Below are positions 1-13,074 of a DNA stretch of 64,000 nucleotides, in pieces. The position numbers and the translations under genes were made by a program. The stretch comes from Rhina ancylostomus. Its lineage: Eukaryota. The stretch spans positions 115,108,781 through 115,172,780 of the forward strand of contig JARFYF010000052.1 in the NCBI GenBank assembly GCA_030265395.1. Reading direction: 5' to 3'. The notes beneath the pieces are model-generated. The model had not been told where the DNA came from and did no database searches. It saw only the letters and a list, made by a program, of their open reading frames with translations. Every line of letters begins with the position of its first letter. Within the stretch, counting starts at the first letter, position 1.

Positions 1-179
1 CGATAAGAAGGACTATGTCATAAACATAACGTATTCAAACTTTAAGTTGTGGATATAAGAATGGAGGTCAGAAGCTGAGAGGAAGGCAGGAAGGATTCAG
101 CACAACAAAAGAACTTTGGCAAGGTTGGCGTCAGTGAAATTAGTTTTGTAACTATATTCTTAATGATTTTCATTCAGAG

Positions 180-392
180 TTCACTCAGAGGGTGGTGCAT
201 GCATGGAACGAGTTGCCAGAGGAAATACAGGTACATTGACAACATTGAAAAGATATTGGATAAGTAGATGGATAGGATAGGCTTGGAGGAACATGGGCCA
301 ATGCAAGCAAATGGGACTAGCATGATGGGCACCATGGTCGGCATGGACCAGTCAGGCCGAAGGGCCTGTTTCTGTACTGTATGACTCTATGA
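180..392 (+). mobile_element. CR1/HER1-type LINE, 3' end (5'-truncated)
   Basis: ORF2 C-terminal motif (ttcactcagagggtggtg..tggaacgagttgccagagga = FTQRVV..WNELPE), CR1 3' UTR (ggccgaagggcctgtttctgtactgt) and atgactct-type terminal repeat. Confidence 0.9.
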
Positions 393-639
393 GTTCATTG
401 TCAACAGGTGAATTTTGCTGACGACGTCAATCTAGAAGGGGAAGCAGCTTGAGAAGTACAGAATAGGTTAAAGAAAATAAGCCAAGAAATGGTGGTGGAA
501 ATTTATATAAGCAAATGTATAGTGTTGCATATGCGAAGAAAAATGTGCATCGTAAGTGCTCTGTGAATGGTGCTGACATGGCTAGGAGTGAATGTAAAAG
601 TGATCGAGACCTTTTGATAAACTCAATACTCAACATGTT

Positions 640-940
640 CAATAACTTCAGGGTAACATTCAAGAGGCCAAATGGAATGCGGAATTATATCACCCAGAGT
701 TTCCCACAGTAGTGGTGAGGGGCCTCAGAAGGAGTACAATGAGTTTATCAGAGGAGGAGGACGAGCTAGTGCCATTACCAGAGTTAGCCCTGCAGATTCG
801 TATCAGTGGTGTCGGCAGATTATGAGGTGATTCCAACACAGTACAGCTTGTTTGAGTCCCTGTTGATATCTGGAAGCAGAAATGCCTGCTGACACTATGA
901 TTGTGGATAAGCAGCAGATCTTGACAAATGATCACTGTCT
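640..940 (-). mobile_element. Degenerate PIF/Harbinger transposase fragment (tentative)
   Basis: Minus-strand translation IICQDLLL...FCFQISTGT resembles the HARBI1-like N-terminal ELCxLL...ASGSFQxxTGD motif; heavily decayed. Confidence 0.35.
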
Positions 941-2041
941 GTTTAATGCCAATTTATTTTTCCACATTTTGATAAGATTAAATGTTGGAAACAAAAAAAT
1001 GGTTTTACCTGACAGCAGCCCAGCTGTGTACAGATGTGAGAGTCAAATCACTGTTGCCTGAGTTCATAAGTCTAAATAAAGCACAATCCATAGAGAGTCA
1101 GTGGCAACAGAGATTCCAGAGGATATAGATTTTTAAATCTGCAGTCAGATTAAAGGTTGCTGTTCCAGTAAAGTGATTCTTCAAGAAACAGTGCTGCTCA
1201 CCATTAGCCAGGATCCAACACTGAAATTATCATAGTGAAAGAATGCAGCACTGAGAGGTAACACCAAGAATGAATAGTAATCAATAGCACCTATACTGTC
1301 TGGCTTGAGTCAAAGATCAGTAAGCTATAATGCAGTGAAACAATGAACACTTTCCACTACCAACTCAAATTATGAGGCCTTATTTCCCACTATTCAGGTC
1401 AAAGCCATTATGTATGAATGAGGAAGACCCTTTCCCGTTGAACCATGAGCTTGTCAGATTTAGGTTGTAGTTTTGACTTCATAGCTCTACACTTGTGGAA
1501 TGTCAATAAATCAGTATGATGGCAGGTATGGCTGCAGGTGGCATATTTGTTTACTCTTTGAACTGGTTTGCTTTACAAGACTAGTTAGGGGAGCAGTTTC
1601 CAATTCCTTGCAGGGGCTTTGCAACAATTACTGTGACAATGTGATTGGAGAGTGACTGTTGATACAGTGATTGTAATTGGGTGCTATTTGAGACTTTGAC
1701 CAAGGATTCTGACTAAACACTTCACAACATATTCAAAATAACAGCCACTAGTAATGAATTTGCAAGAGAAGATCTTCAAAGGTAAGTTCAGAACAAAACT
1801 TTGGGCTAGCTTTCATTCTTTTCAAGAGTTAGGCATAGTAATTTGTGAACTATGAGGGTCTTTGGAACTCTGAAGTGGTGACTTCAGTGCAGATGCACAT
1901 TCATAGGCCCATTATCTTGATCAGAATATAGGTGGGCATCGGGGAAGTACTCAGAGTAGGCTGATCATGACATTGAAAATACATAGTGTGGATTTGAAAC
2001 CAACGCTGCACCTTTGGAGTTGAGTGCTCCAGTTTATAAAT

Positions 2042-2315
2042 ATATTTTATTTACAGCGTGGTAACAGGCCCTTCCGGCCCAACGAGTCCACACCACCCAT
2101 TTTAAACCCCAAATTAACCTNNNNNNNNNNNNNNNNNNNNNNNNNNNNNNNNNNNNNNNNNNNNNNNNNNNNNNNNNNNNNNNNNNNNNNNNNNNNNNNN
2201 NNNNNNNNNNNNNNNNNNNNNNNNNNNNNNNNNNNNNNNNNNNNNNNNNNNNNNNNNNNNNNNNNNNNNNNNNNNNNNNNNNNNNNNNNNNNNNNNNNNN
2301 CCCGGCAGCTACAGC
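2042..2315 (-). mobile_element. SINE with CR1-derived 3' tail (HE1-like), mostly within an N gap
   Basis: Reverse complement ends ...gactcgttgggccggaagggcctgttaccacgctgtaaataaaata, a CR1-type tail on a SINE-like body; 2121-2300 is N. Confidence 0.65.
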
Positions 2316-2479
2316 ATGACTGAAGGAGTGAGAGGTCACACAGAACAGCACAAGTTGCTGGAAGCAGAGGGCAGAGAGCAGGTGCTCTCAGCTGGACACT
2401 ACATCCACCTCGAGTGTCCAGACAGCTAATATGCTACCAGAATTTCATTGACAGAGTAAGACACCCACACCTTAATAAC

Positions 2480-3250
2480 AATGGCCTCAGTCGAGTCTGC
2501 CACCTGCAGCCACACCTGCAACCTCAGAGCAGGTCAAGGACTATACTGCCAAAGTAATTTGTCAATGAGCATTGTTTCACCTTGCCCTTTTCAAGTCACT
2601 GCTGGAAATAATTGAAACATTGTGAAGTTTTCTGCCAACTGTTGTGTAAAGGAGGGTCTCTGGAACTTTATGTTCAAAGGGAGCTGCCTGCATTTCACTT
2701 CCTCATGCCAGAACACCAAAGACAGATAGATGAAGAAATGCAGGCTTCCCATGATGCAGGTTGCCAATAGTTGCATGCATAGTACTTTGCCGGTGCTATT
2801 TGTCAGTTCTGTCAAGGTAATAGAACTAAAAATGACTTGATTACCTCAACACTCCAATCATGTGTGCACCATTGGAATCAGTGAATCAGACTGGTCANNN
2901 NNNNNNNCCTGCTTCAGACCACAGCTCCAGCTGCAAGTCAGCCACAATGGCAAACTATTTGGTTGCGGTTAGGAGACGAGGACCAGGTACTGACAACGTT
3001 TTAGATGACTGTGGAGCACAATTACATAGCATGCATGCGATGAAAGCCATCCAGCCATGCACTGTGAGGTGGAGAATAGGAGTGTTGAAACAATGCTTCC
3101 ACTGCTTGGACCAAGAGCCATAGAGGACGCAGCGATGTGAGTGTTGAAATCTGGATGATCTTCTGTTTGCTGCTCATGATCATGAAGGGGAAGACCATGT
3201 CACAGGCTACATTGCAAGTCGCTGGGGATGAGGAGAAAGAAGATGCAGAG
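2480..3250 (+). mobile_element. PIF/Harbinger transposase remnant (HARBI1-like DDE)
   Basis: ORF 2860-3123 contains IGVLKQCFHCLD (consensus IGxLKxRFRCLD). Upstream ggcttcccatgatgcaggttgccaatagttgcatgcat resembles GFPxVQGAIDCTHV. Acidic C-terminal tail; multiple frameshifts. Confidence 0.75.
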
Positions 3251-4084
3251 TAAAAGAGGTAGAAGAGGAAGAGGGATAGAGGAGGTAACCTAGCCTCTCC
3301 CATCCTATCAGCCATGTACATGGACCAATTTCTCATTCACCAACAGAGCCATATTTTACTTTCCTTCTTTGACAGACAATGGAGCATGTGCTAAATCACA
3401 AGGCAAAAATAATAGAGTACAACAAAATAAACCTAGAAACGAAAATAAAATCATAACAAGTTGCATACAAAATTAAACCAATCACTCTCATGCATTTCCT
3501 TACATCTTCTGTGTGCCTTTGCCTGTAAGAGTGCTCCATGTATGTTACCTGAGTGGCTACTGATTTTTAATGAAGGACACGGTGGTTCATCTCAAGAATC
3601 TATGGGCCTAGAACCCTTAGTAATAGAAAATGGATGACAGGTGACATCAAGGCCACTGAGAAGGTTGCAAGAAGAATGCTATCTTCCAGAGTGAGAACAA
3701 TCAGCTTTCAAATCTCTGGAGCAGCATTTGAACAATCCAATTTGTGTGCTGGACATAGGGAGAGCCAACAATCCAGGGCAACAGCCTGAGCTCTTGACTG
3801 ACGGCTCATATACTGGGTGGCTGTGCAGGTTCTGCACAAGAAGCTGTAACACTAAACATCAGTTGCTACATCACATTTGTGAACTACATTGACCACTACT
3901 TCTGCACTGGAAAGGATGCATGTCAAGATCTGCTCAGAGCCCTTTGCCGAGTTGATTGTGGCCTCTTCATGTTTATTGTCTTTCTGGCAGACCTGCTAAT
4001 TCACTAAGTATTCCAATGCATATCAAACTTCAGTCTGCTCTGTAGCAGAAATCCTGTGTTACCTTGCTCCCTGCACCCCTGTAC

Positions 4085-4207
4085 AATCCTTGCCATCTGG
4101 CCACTTGAACACATGAAGGGTTTCTGACTTGAAACATTGCCTCTGTTTCTCTTCCCACAGATGCAGCTTGACCTGCTGAGTATTTCCAGCATTTTCTGTT
4201 TTTGTTT
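4085..4207 (+). mobile_element. Penelope-like pLTR fragment with decayed hammerhead motif
   Basis: atgaagggtttctgacttgaaaca...cacagatgcagcttgacctgctgagtatttccagcattttctgttttt is homologous to 32753-32856. Confidence 0.75.
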
Positions 4208-4689
4208 AAGATCTCTTCCATGTGTTATGCTCTAAATTACATGGAAAGTGGCTGAGAGAGTAAAATTACATGAAAGTATCTTGAGGACTGTTTTCCCACT
4301 GTTTTTCTAAACTGAGGTTCTGTGGTAACTGAAATAAAAACAATAAAGGGGCAGGATTGTATTGCATCAAGTGGGGAATATAAGAGGTAACTGGAGCACG
4401 CCTCTCATAATAGTACTACCTCTGCAGAAGCCTCCAGACAATCAACAACCTAATTACTTCAGCTGGATGCTGAAATCATTTGAAAGGCACCAGAACACAT
4501 GATTTCTGTGTTGGTGGCATTGCAAACAACAATACTGGTTCATGGTACTTGTAATCCCCATGGCCATTTTGGAAGCTATCAAAATTAGCCCCCAGTGTTT
4601 CTTAGAAAAACAGCCGTGAAGCTCTAAAGGGGATTTGAGCCAAAAACATCCTGCAAACCTTAATCATAACAAAACATAAGTGCATGTTA

Positions 4690-4910
4690 AAAAGCTGACA
4701 TATAAAGTGTGCTATACCCCTATCAAAGAACAACTTGAGGAACGTGCCCAGCTTTTTGGTTAATGGAGCATAAATAAGACATCAGAACTGCAGAATTGGT
4801 GCATTAAAGAGCCACAAGCATGGTTCCTAGAACCAACTAAATTTTTCGCAGGAATCTAAAGAAATTAAGTCACTTCAACCTTGAAGTAATAGATCTATAG
4901 AGTTGTATAA
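4690..4910 (+). mobile_element. Old CR1 reverse transcriptase (RT) C-terminal fragment
   Basis: Decayed LYxxxxRxxLEYCxQFW..KDI..LE.V..RAT.MVP pattern. Confidence 0.5.
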
Positions 4911-5149
4911 TACCAGGCTCCTGATTCAGGCATTTTACTTCAAGCTTCTTTCACAGCAAGGAATTACAAGATGGACAGAGAAAATGCATCAAATGTTTTC
5001 CCAAAGCTTTCTTAACAAAGTGTAATTTTCTTATTGACATGAGAATCCGAGCCTATGCCTGCTTAAAATGGAGATGGAGAATTCACGGAGGACCTTGAGT
5101 CTATTGGAGCAGATTTAAGAATGGCAGGAGTGCAGAACTTCTCATACGG

Positions 5150-5290
5150 TCCACCTGCATATTCAAGCATCACCTGTCCTGCTTGTGGCAGAGTCTGTGG
5201 TCCCACACTGGCTTCATCAGCTGCTTCAGTACTCACAGAACTGGAGTGAAAACACAATATCCTCAATCCTGAGAGTCTTCGAAGGAATAG
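5150..5290 (+). mobile_element. RTE-clade LINE 3' end
   Basis: acctgtcctgcttgtggcagagtctgtgg encodes TCPACGRVCG (C-terminal C2H2-like motif), followed by an actggagtg..atcctcaatcctgag 3' UTR as at 33340-33470. Confidence 0.7.
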
Positions 5291-5589
5291 CATAAACAAG
5301 GTTCACAAATAATGAGGGAAATTAAATCATGAAACCAGATTAGCATACCTCAAGCTCAAAATGAGCCAAATGTAAAAGATCTTTCATTTAAAATATTAAT
5401 TCTACAAGAAAATGAATTGTCTTCAGTATGACCAAAAGCAAATATTGTGGGATACTGACCTTGGGTGTAATAGCATTGTTATCTAGTGTTAGAAGGATGG
5501 AATGGATGAATACATATTATATGAATATTATATGAATACATATGGTGATATCAAATACTTTCTCTTATATGTTGAGAGTATCTTTTTAA

Positions 5590-6060
5590 GCAGTCCCTCA
5601 AGAATCAAGAATTATTTCCTTTCACCACAGTTTTGTGACAAATGAGGTCTATGTGGTTACTGTGGACAAACGGAGCAAGTGGTGGCTGATGGGATGGGTA
5701 AGGGGGAAGGTTGTGAGGTGGTCCACTCTTTCAGCAGGTTATGTAAGTCCTCTGTGATCTCCTGATGTATGTCCTCAAGATTCTCAATACCACCCCAAAT
5801 GCTCCTCCTTCACTTTGAGTGGTCAAGGGCCAGAGATTCCTAGTAGTCAGTGGGGATGTTGCATTTCTTCAAGGGGTGTTTTGAGCATATCTCTGAACAT
5901 TTTCCTCTGTCTGCCTATGAAACTCTTCCCATGAAAGAGCTTGGAGAAGAATGTCTTGGGAGTCTGGTTTTGGGCATGTCAATGAGGTGGCCTGCCCAAA
6001 ATAGCTGACCAAACATAACTAAAGCTTCAGGCCTGGGGCTATTGGTCTGAGAGTGGTCTC
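5590..6060 (-). mobile_element. RTE-clade LINE ORF C-terminus
   Basis: Reverse translation QLFWAGHLIDMPKTRLP...LKKCNIPTD..ESLALDHSK.RRSI matches RTE QLRWAGHVxRMPDxRLPK...WESLAxDRxxWR. Confidence 0.85.
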
Positions 6061-6639
6061 CTTATTAGTTGGAGTATCTTGTGGTGGCAATATTGATGAA
6101 AGTATCATTCAAGGGTATCATACATATTGACATAACATTGTATTGGAGATTATAGGTATGTTTTAAACCCTTACAGGAGATGGCACTTAAGGCAATGTTT
6201 AATATATTATGGATAAATATTGATACATGGTGCTCCCTGATTTCAAAATAAATATGGTTTTTCCTAATGTGTCCTGTGTAAAGCAATGCTCTAAACAGCT
6301 GAATTTAGAATTCACATTGAAACCTATGGAGGATTAATGGTTCGTACAACCACATTCCTGATTCAAGATTCATGGACCTAAGAGTTATGATGAGGGAAGA
6401 GAGATGATTCCCTCTAGTACAGTGTGAATAAAACATTTAGAAAAACAGCAGTTTCCAATGTAAATAAAATACATTAAACAAAATTTCCTATGCATTATAG
6501 GAACTCAGACAAAGAAAGATTTCTCTTTTCTTTGTCCATGACTAATGCAATGGGAAATCAACAGGTAATTCATAAAAATATAATCGAAAAAACACATCAA
6601 AAATAACATTGCAGAGAAATATGAAGCCAAGATCAACTA

Positions 6640-7120
6640 ATTCAGCCTCCACTATTAAGGGATAGTGTTATGCCCTCAATGCAATAAAGCTGCAGGATGT
6701 GAATGAACAGAAACACTCAGCAGTTCTAATATATCCTGAGAATGTGATTATACATAGGTTAAGGTAGGTAAAAAAACACACTGAATTTTATAATTGGGCC
6801 ATGAAGTTCAAGAGCAAAAAAAATAACGATTTATGGAAGGCAACCGTTAAACTACATGAATTTTTTTCTACATTACTCTATGGAAGGGCATTAAAACTGT
6901 AGAGAACCTACAACATAGATTCACCAGAGTGATATCAGCATTAACAATCCATAATGCATAATGGGATTTGAGATATTAGGTAGAGAGGCAAAGGGGAGAT
7001 TCAAACAAGATCCTCTACATTGTAATGAATACACAAGGAAGGACCGTTATTTCTGGTTGGGCAGTCAGTGCTAGAGCCATTATCAATTTAATATTTTCAC
7101 AGTGAATGTCAGAAGATGCT
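6640..7120 (+). mobile_element. Old CR1 RT/3' fragment
   Basis: Decayed CR1 motifs (agagcaa.., acatagattcaccagagtgata, aggcaaaggggagatt). Confidence 0.5.
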
Positions 7121-8064
7121 AAATAGAAGCTTTTGCCATTTTACTCTGAATGTACCATGTGCAGACATGTGATTCATTTCTCCTGGATCAGCACTCTGAA
7201 GCTACACATCCTCAGACTGTTTATTCAACATGAATAGTTTTCAGTGCAAAACAATTCACTTATCATTTATTTTGCTATTGTCAAAGGAAGTGCATGTATC
7301 AAAATGATAAATACACTTCCTCTGAGCTATCTTTCAGCAACTTTGAAAATGAATGTTGCCATACTGCAAAGACTTAAACTTGCACAACCTCTCTGCTGGC
7401 TGCAGCTTTGTGTGGGAACCCAATATAACCATTTTAGTTGGAAACAAATCATAATTACAAAATTGCCCTGCAAAGCACTACTGAAGATCTTTTGTGCCAC
7501 CCTTGTCAACAGATTAAACCCTCTATGTTCACTCCAGACACAGCTGTTGAAGAATTACCATTGCACAATGACTAGTTCAGACAAGATACTAATTCAAATG
7601 AAACAAGAGATACCAATATGCTAACAGACCTCTCACGCACATCCTCAAAGTGCAGCTTGGAGCATTTGTTCCAATTTTGATTAGAATTTAATCTTTTTGC
7701 CATTCAAATGACAGAAAGGAACCTTGAAATTCAATTGTGCAGTGTTTATTTTCAATGTTATCGATATAAAAATCAATTACTTTTCTTAATGAAGCATAAA
7801 TGTGGAAGATTTTGGGAGGGAATGGGCCACCTTGGATATGTGACTGGGCATATCGAATGCACTGATAATGTGTTTTTTTGTATGTATCCAAGATGACCTA
7901 ATTCCCCAGGAAACCCTTGTTTAGAGCATCATTGGATAAAATTGGTTGAAATTGGGCACTGCTACTTATGGAATAGCATAATTTATATGGGCACCTCACT
8001 AAGCAGGCCTAGCCCAGTGCTGGGAACATAACTCCAGATAGTTTCCCTCAAATTTATTTACTTA

Positions 8065-8300
8065 CCATGATACTCTCACCCCTTTGGATACCACCATCTC
8101 CACCTGACCTGATTGATCTTCTGAACCCTTACACGCCCAGATTCTCTGCTCCAACTACCAACCACACCTCACTCCCAACATCTCTAGCTTCACCCACTGG
8201 TGATCAGCATTCAACTCAGCAACCTAACCCTTTCTCCCCTCCTTCTCAATCCTGAGCCCCTCTCCTTGTGATCCATTAGTCTCAGTCCCAAACGTATTCA
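8065..8300 (+). mobile_element. L2-like LINE 3' remnant
   Basis: Translation PPDLIDLLNPYTP resembles L2 APxYLxDLLxPYxP. Confidence 0.4.
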
Positions 8301-8880
8301 TTTTCTTTCATGTGTTCTTCACCAATGTAGCACACTGAGAAATGATCCCTCCCATACATAATGCTGATCAAGTACCACCCCTAACAGGAACTACTGGATG
8401 CTCAGCATCTAAACTGTTGTTGGCACTCACTGGATGTCATGGATTTCTAAGCGAGAGTCCTTGTGACACCTTCCATTTTAAATACAATAGACTGATAAAA
8501 TTACTTTTGTTTCAATGAGAAACTATCAAAGAATGACTATAAGATGGATATTATACCATTTTTGCACAACTTATCTAGGTTCAGATTTAAATAATTTAAA
8601 TATGTGTCCTTGACATACTGAAAGTAGTAATAAAAATCAGAAGGCACATGAGAAGTTAAGGAAAAAGGCTCAGAGAAGGATATAAGTGCAAAGAGAGCCA
8701 ATGAGGAGATAATTTTGAAATTAGAAGAATCATAAGTCAGGATCACTAGGAAAGCATTAGAAGAGATTCTGGGTAAGGTGAATTAGGATTTCAGATGGAA
8801 GCTAAGATATTAGGCACTAACACCATCAATGGATTCAGCCCCACTACTGCCTACGATCATAACAACTATCCTTCCAATGA

Positions 8881-8977
8881 TAGCAAAAAAAAACTGCTAA
8901 AGAAACTCAGCAAGTTAGGCAGCATCTGTGGAGGCAGAGGGATTTGTTCCAGATTCCAGAATCTGTAGTCCCTTGTG
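8881..8977. mobile_element. ~97-bp inverted Penelope pLTR mini-insertion
   Basis: Minus-sense pLTR piece (actgctaaagaaactcagcaagttaggcagcatctgtggagg) fused to a plus-sense pLTR end (ccagattccagaatctgtagtcccttgtg). Possible 11-bp TSD tccttccaatg (8869-8879) / tcctttcattg (8978-8988). Confidence 0.7.
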
Positions 8978-9374
8978 TCCTTTCATTGTGGTCTACAACT
9001 GATTCTTCAGTGGCAGTTAGAATATGCAGGTAGATCCCTCTCCTTCTGGTTAGTACCTGCTGCCTCTAGTCATTTGTTAACATTCCTGTATGAGAGAGTC
9101 TAGTAATCTGTTGAGGTGATATTGTTGTCTTGCTGGCTAACTGATGACAACACAACTGATGAGTTGTGAACCTTACCTCACCCTCATACACTGAGCATTG
9201 TTGTAAGTACAAGACTATCAGAGTTGAGAACCGATTGATAGAGACTGCTTACTTGTGGGAGGTAGGAATGCAGTGAATTGATTTTTCAATAAGGTTAATG
9301 GTGCAACTGGTAGGATAGGACATTGAAAGATGATCGCACTGACCTTGATGACTCATGTGAGATCATTAAATGTC

Positions 9375-9465
9375 AGAGTTATACAGCGTGGAAACAGGCC
9401 TTTTGATCCACTGACTTGGCACCAAACTTTGGATAACCTAGTTGCACTAATTCCGCTTTATTCTA
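9375..9465 (-). mobile_element. 3' remnant of a CR1-tailed SINE
   Basis: atacagcgtggaaacaggccttt...gcactaattcc..ttattct resembles the tail at 56862-56970. Confidence 0.5.
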
Positions 9466-10051
9466 AATGCCTTTCTGCTTTGCTTGTTTTTTGACACAGC
9501 ACTGCTGGCATTGACCAAACTGCTATTTTTTTCAATAGCCCTCTGACTCAAGATATTTTGTGTCAATACCTTGACTCAGAAAGTCTTATTGATTGCTCTC
9601 ATACAATTAGCTGTTGCTCAAAACATGACAGTCCAACTATCATTTCCAAACAAATCAAAATGGTTGCAGCCTTTCTTTAAGTGTTGCTTCTGATATCAGG
9701 TGCCCTAATATTGCACATACACCATGGACAACATGGGTAGTTCTAGTTACATGCAGCAATCACTCAAAGCAGGAGACAGAAGCAATTGAACATGCTGCCT
9801 GCAGGACAATGGGTTTGTGCAGAATAATTACATACTGGGATAACCGTTCCTGTTTTAACAGTCACAAGACCTCTCACATTTATCCATGGCATCTACCTAC
9901 CCAGCAGAAAATAACAATAAGAAAGCAAACTTTTATAAGAAGTAACATACTCTTCACTGTTGGAAAACATAACCACTGAGCTTGCTATGAATAGAAATGT
10001 AGTTTTCTGATTCAAAAACTCAGTTGACTTCTCGTATTTCTTTACCACACT

Positions 10052-10436
10052 GAACAAGACTATTCGGCCATCGAGTCTATACTACTCCCAACACAAATCC
10101 TATCATTTCCATTCGGCTGTTCACCTCATTATAACCCATTCTCTTTCACTTGCCCATCAACGCCCCAACTCCCACCACCCACTTATACCATAGAACAATA
10201 CAGCACAATACAGGCCCTTCAGCCACCATGTTGTGCCAACCTTTAGACCACAGTAATTTACTATAACCAATTATCCTGCCAGCCAGCAGATCTCTCAGAC
10301 ATGGGAGGCAACTGGAGCAGCTAGGGAAAACCCACATGCTTATAAGGAGAACATATGAACTGTATGCAAACAGTACTGAAGATTGGTATTGAACCCAGGT
10401 TGCTGGGGCTGTGAAGCAGCTGTACTATCTGCTGCA
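10052..10436 (-). mobile_element. tRNA-derived V-SINE (HE1-like) with nested CR1 3' tip
   Basis: B-box-like gaacccagg and V-domain tgggaggcaactggagcagctagggaaaacccacatg on the reverse strand; CR1-type tail; 10191-10242 is a separate CR1 3' tip. Confidence 0.8.
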
Positions 10437-10493
10437 AAACTGTGGAATCCTTGCACTTTGCTGATATCAGAATTTTGTTGCAACTCATGTGAC

Positions 10494-10892
10494 TGTCACA
10501 CTGTTGAGCAAACAGCGAGCTTGTGGAGAACCCAAATGCAGTGCATTGGTACAAGACTGGAGTTGGGATGCTTTCTCAGAACCAAACACAGGCAGCAACT
10601 GGAATGAATCTTGCCTCGGGGCTCTGAGGTGGGATCCCAACACAAAAACTGGATATCCTAAGAGGATCAGTGAAACCAGGACTGCTCTAGAGTAGCCAAC
10701 TCTAAGCAGCTGGAAGACAAAGTATACACAAAGATTGACAACTAGTGCTAGAGAAACTAGGGCTCTTACGCTAGTCTCCTGATGGGGCTCAGGTGTGTTG
10801 TTATGCGATTAGTAGTGCATGGACTCCATGTGCTGCACAACGAGGTACCATCAATGGAGCCGAATCGAGGGCCAGCACTCAGAACCATGACA
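10494..10892 (-). mobile_element. Solo LTR (Gypsy-like)
   Basis: Termini TGTCA...TGACA, perfect 5-bp TSD GTGAC (10489-10493 and 10893-10897); homologous in reverse orientation to 55584-55891. Confidence 0.85.
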
Positions 10893-13074
10893 GTGACAAA
10901 GAAATGCCACAGTCCTTTTGTTATGACATCAACTTTAAAAGATGGTCCATGGATGGTAATATTTTTAAGAAGACAATCAATGTTTTGAGGTTTCTAGGTA
11001 ATTTTGTTGTGTGCTGGCATTCCTATGTAGAAGAAAAAGAAATAAAGTGATCCGTGGAAAAAGATATTGATGTGCTGTCGATGTTTGATCAGCACAGGGG
11101 AAGGGAGAATTATGGGAGGTGTTATCACCATGTCTATTGTAAAATCATGGACACGATTTTCCACTTTCAGAATACTAAGAAACTTCCATCCTTTTCATAA
11201 AACCTTGGATCTCTGTTCTTTCTCTCCCATTTCAGCATTTGGGTGCACTTTCCACAAATCCTCCAGAGCTCTTTTAATGTTTAATTTTACAAAATTCACG
11301 TACTGTGGGCTAAATAATTGTATTAAAGGGACATCACCTCTGGCATGTGTGTGCTTCACAATCTTTTCCAGCTGAATTCAGCTCCACTGAACAGTTGGAG
11401 CTCAGCAAAATTTATTGCCCAAACCTGCTCCAACGGCCAAATGATACATCTGGCTGCCTGACAGCAAAGCATATGTGGAAAGGACATTCTCCATTTACTC
11501 GGTCCTCCTTAGGGACAACTGGAGGATTCACAGGAGATCATCCAAAGCTGTTACTGATGTTGAAATTTAAGAAATATCAATCTCTACAATTCCATAATGC
11601 TTATTAAATTGTGTAATTATTCTTACTCATGGTTTATTTGACTCACTTTTTTGGTCATTAATAAAGTAGGTGAGCTTCTAAGAATTTCATCAAGATTTAA
11701 ATATTTATAAAGATTTACAAGTTTTTTAGAGAAAACAAGGGATCTAATCCAAGCATTGCAGTAGTTTATTGATCCCAATCATAATAGTCACATGATAGAT
11801 AGAACATGCAGTTAGAAATAGGGGAACAGGATTGCCCTAAAGACAATGTTGGGTGACTGGGTACTTTGGAATTGTACTCAACTCACATGAAACAAGAAGA
11901 TGCTAAAAATTGAAACCATTGTAATATGCTTGTGAACAGCATTAAAAATGAAACTATTCAAATTAGTATGCTAGCTTTGCTAGCCAAGATATAATGTTTT
12001 TTTTAAGCTCAACACATAGAATGGACCCCAAACCTACTGGATTCATGTTTCTTTGCATCTTGTGCTCCTTACAATCAAGGACTGAAGGTTTAATGCAGAA
12101 TAGCAGTTTCTCAGATTTCTAATAAACTTGTCTACTACTGCACAAAATGCTTCTCTACATCTGGTGTTGTTTTATTCTAATTCAACACCAAGCAATCAGT
12201 CCCAGGTGTTGTAGTAAGGCCAGAGAGTTTGAATCTCTGTTTAATATCTGGGCATCCTAGGAGCTTTCATAAAATTCAGCTACTTCCTGATGCTGTCCAA
12301 AGCACCTCCTCGATGTCAAACTTGTTAGAACAGAGCATTGTTGCAGTTAAAAAGTAACCACACCCCAACAACCTTTGCGCAGCGGAATCAAGGTGTAAAT
12401 ATCCATCAATCCTGTGACAGCAAAACTATGGAAAACCCAAAGAGATGAATTTTAATCCGAACCACTTAAACATATATAAAATTGCATATGGTTTGCAATC
12501 TGTTATGCCATAAAGGCTCAGAATGGGTCTGGAATGCACTCAGGAGATTGAGTAATTCTCAAGAGACACAACCCATGGAATGTTCTTACGTTTTCCTCTG
12601 CAATTAAAGTTACTTCTTGCTTCTATGATTTTCTATTTGACCTGTGTATTTTTTACCCGAGTTTCTGATAGAATTCAATTATAAGCCCATTGGTCAAACT
12701 CTTTGTAATGCCTCCTTACAAGGTGTTATTTTGTTGATGGTGTTGAGGACTGTGGTGTGGAGGTTATCACTGGGCTTTTATGAAAAGAATCTCTCTGTTA
12801 GGGAGTCCATTATTTCCTATGCAGCCAGTTCCTCCCTCCCATGCTCAGGTAGTAGGTGAGGCTGCAGATGTTGAACAGGGTCATCCCCCAACAGCCTTCT
12901 TCAGCCTCCTGTACTTCTTGCTCCTGCTGCTCTTCAACCTCCACATCTTGGTGTTCAGCCTTTCTTGGTCCATGCCACTCTTCCACCAACTGCTATCCCT
13001 TTGGTTAGGTTGTACAAATGCAGCCAATGAAGACGGAGTATCTGAATCAATTTGAGGTGTACTTTTTGCATGTG

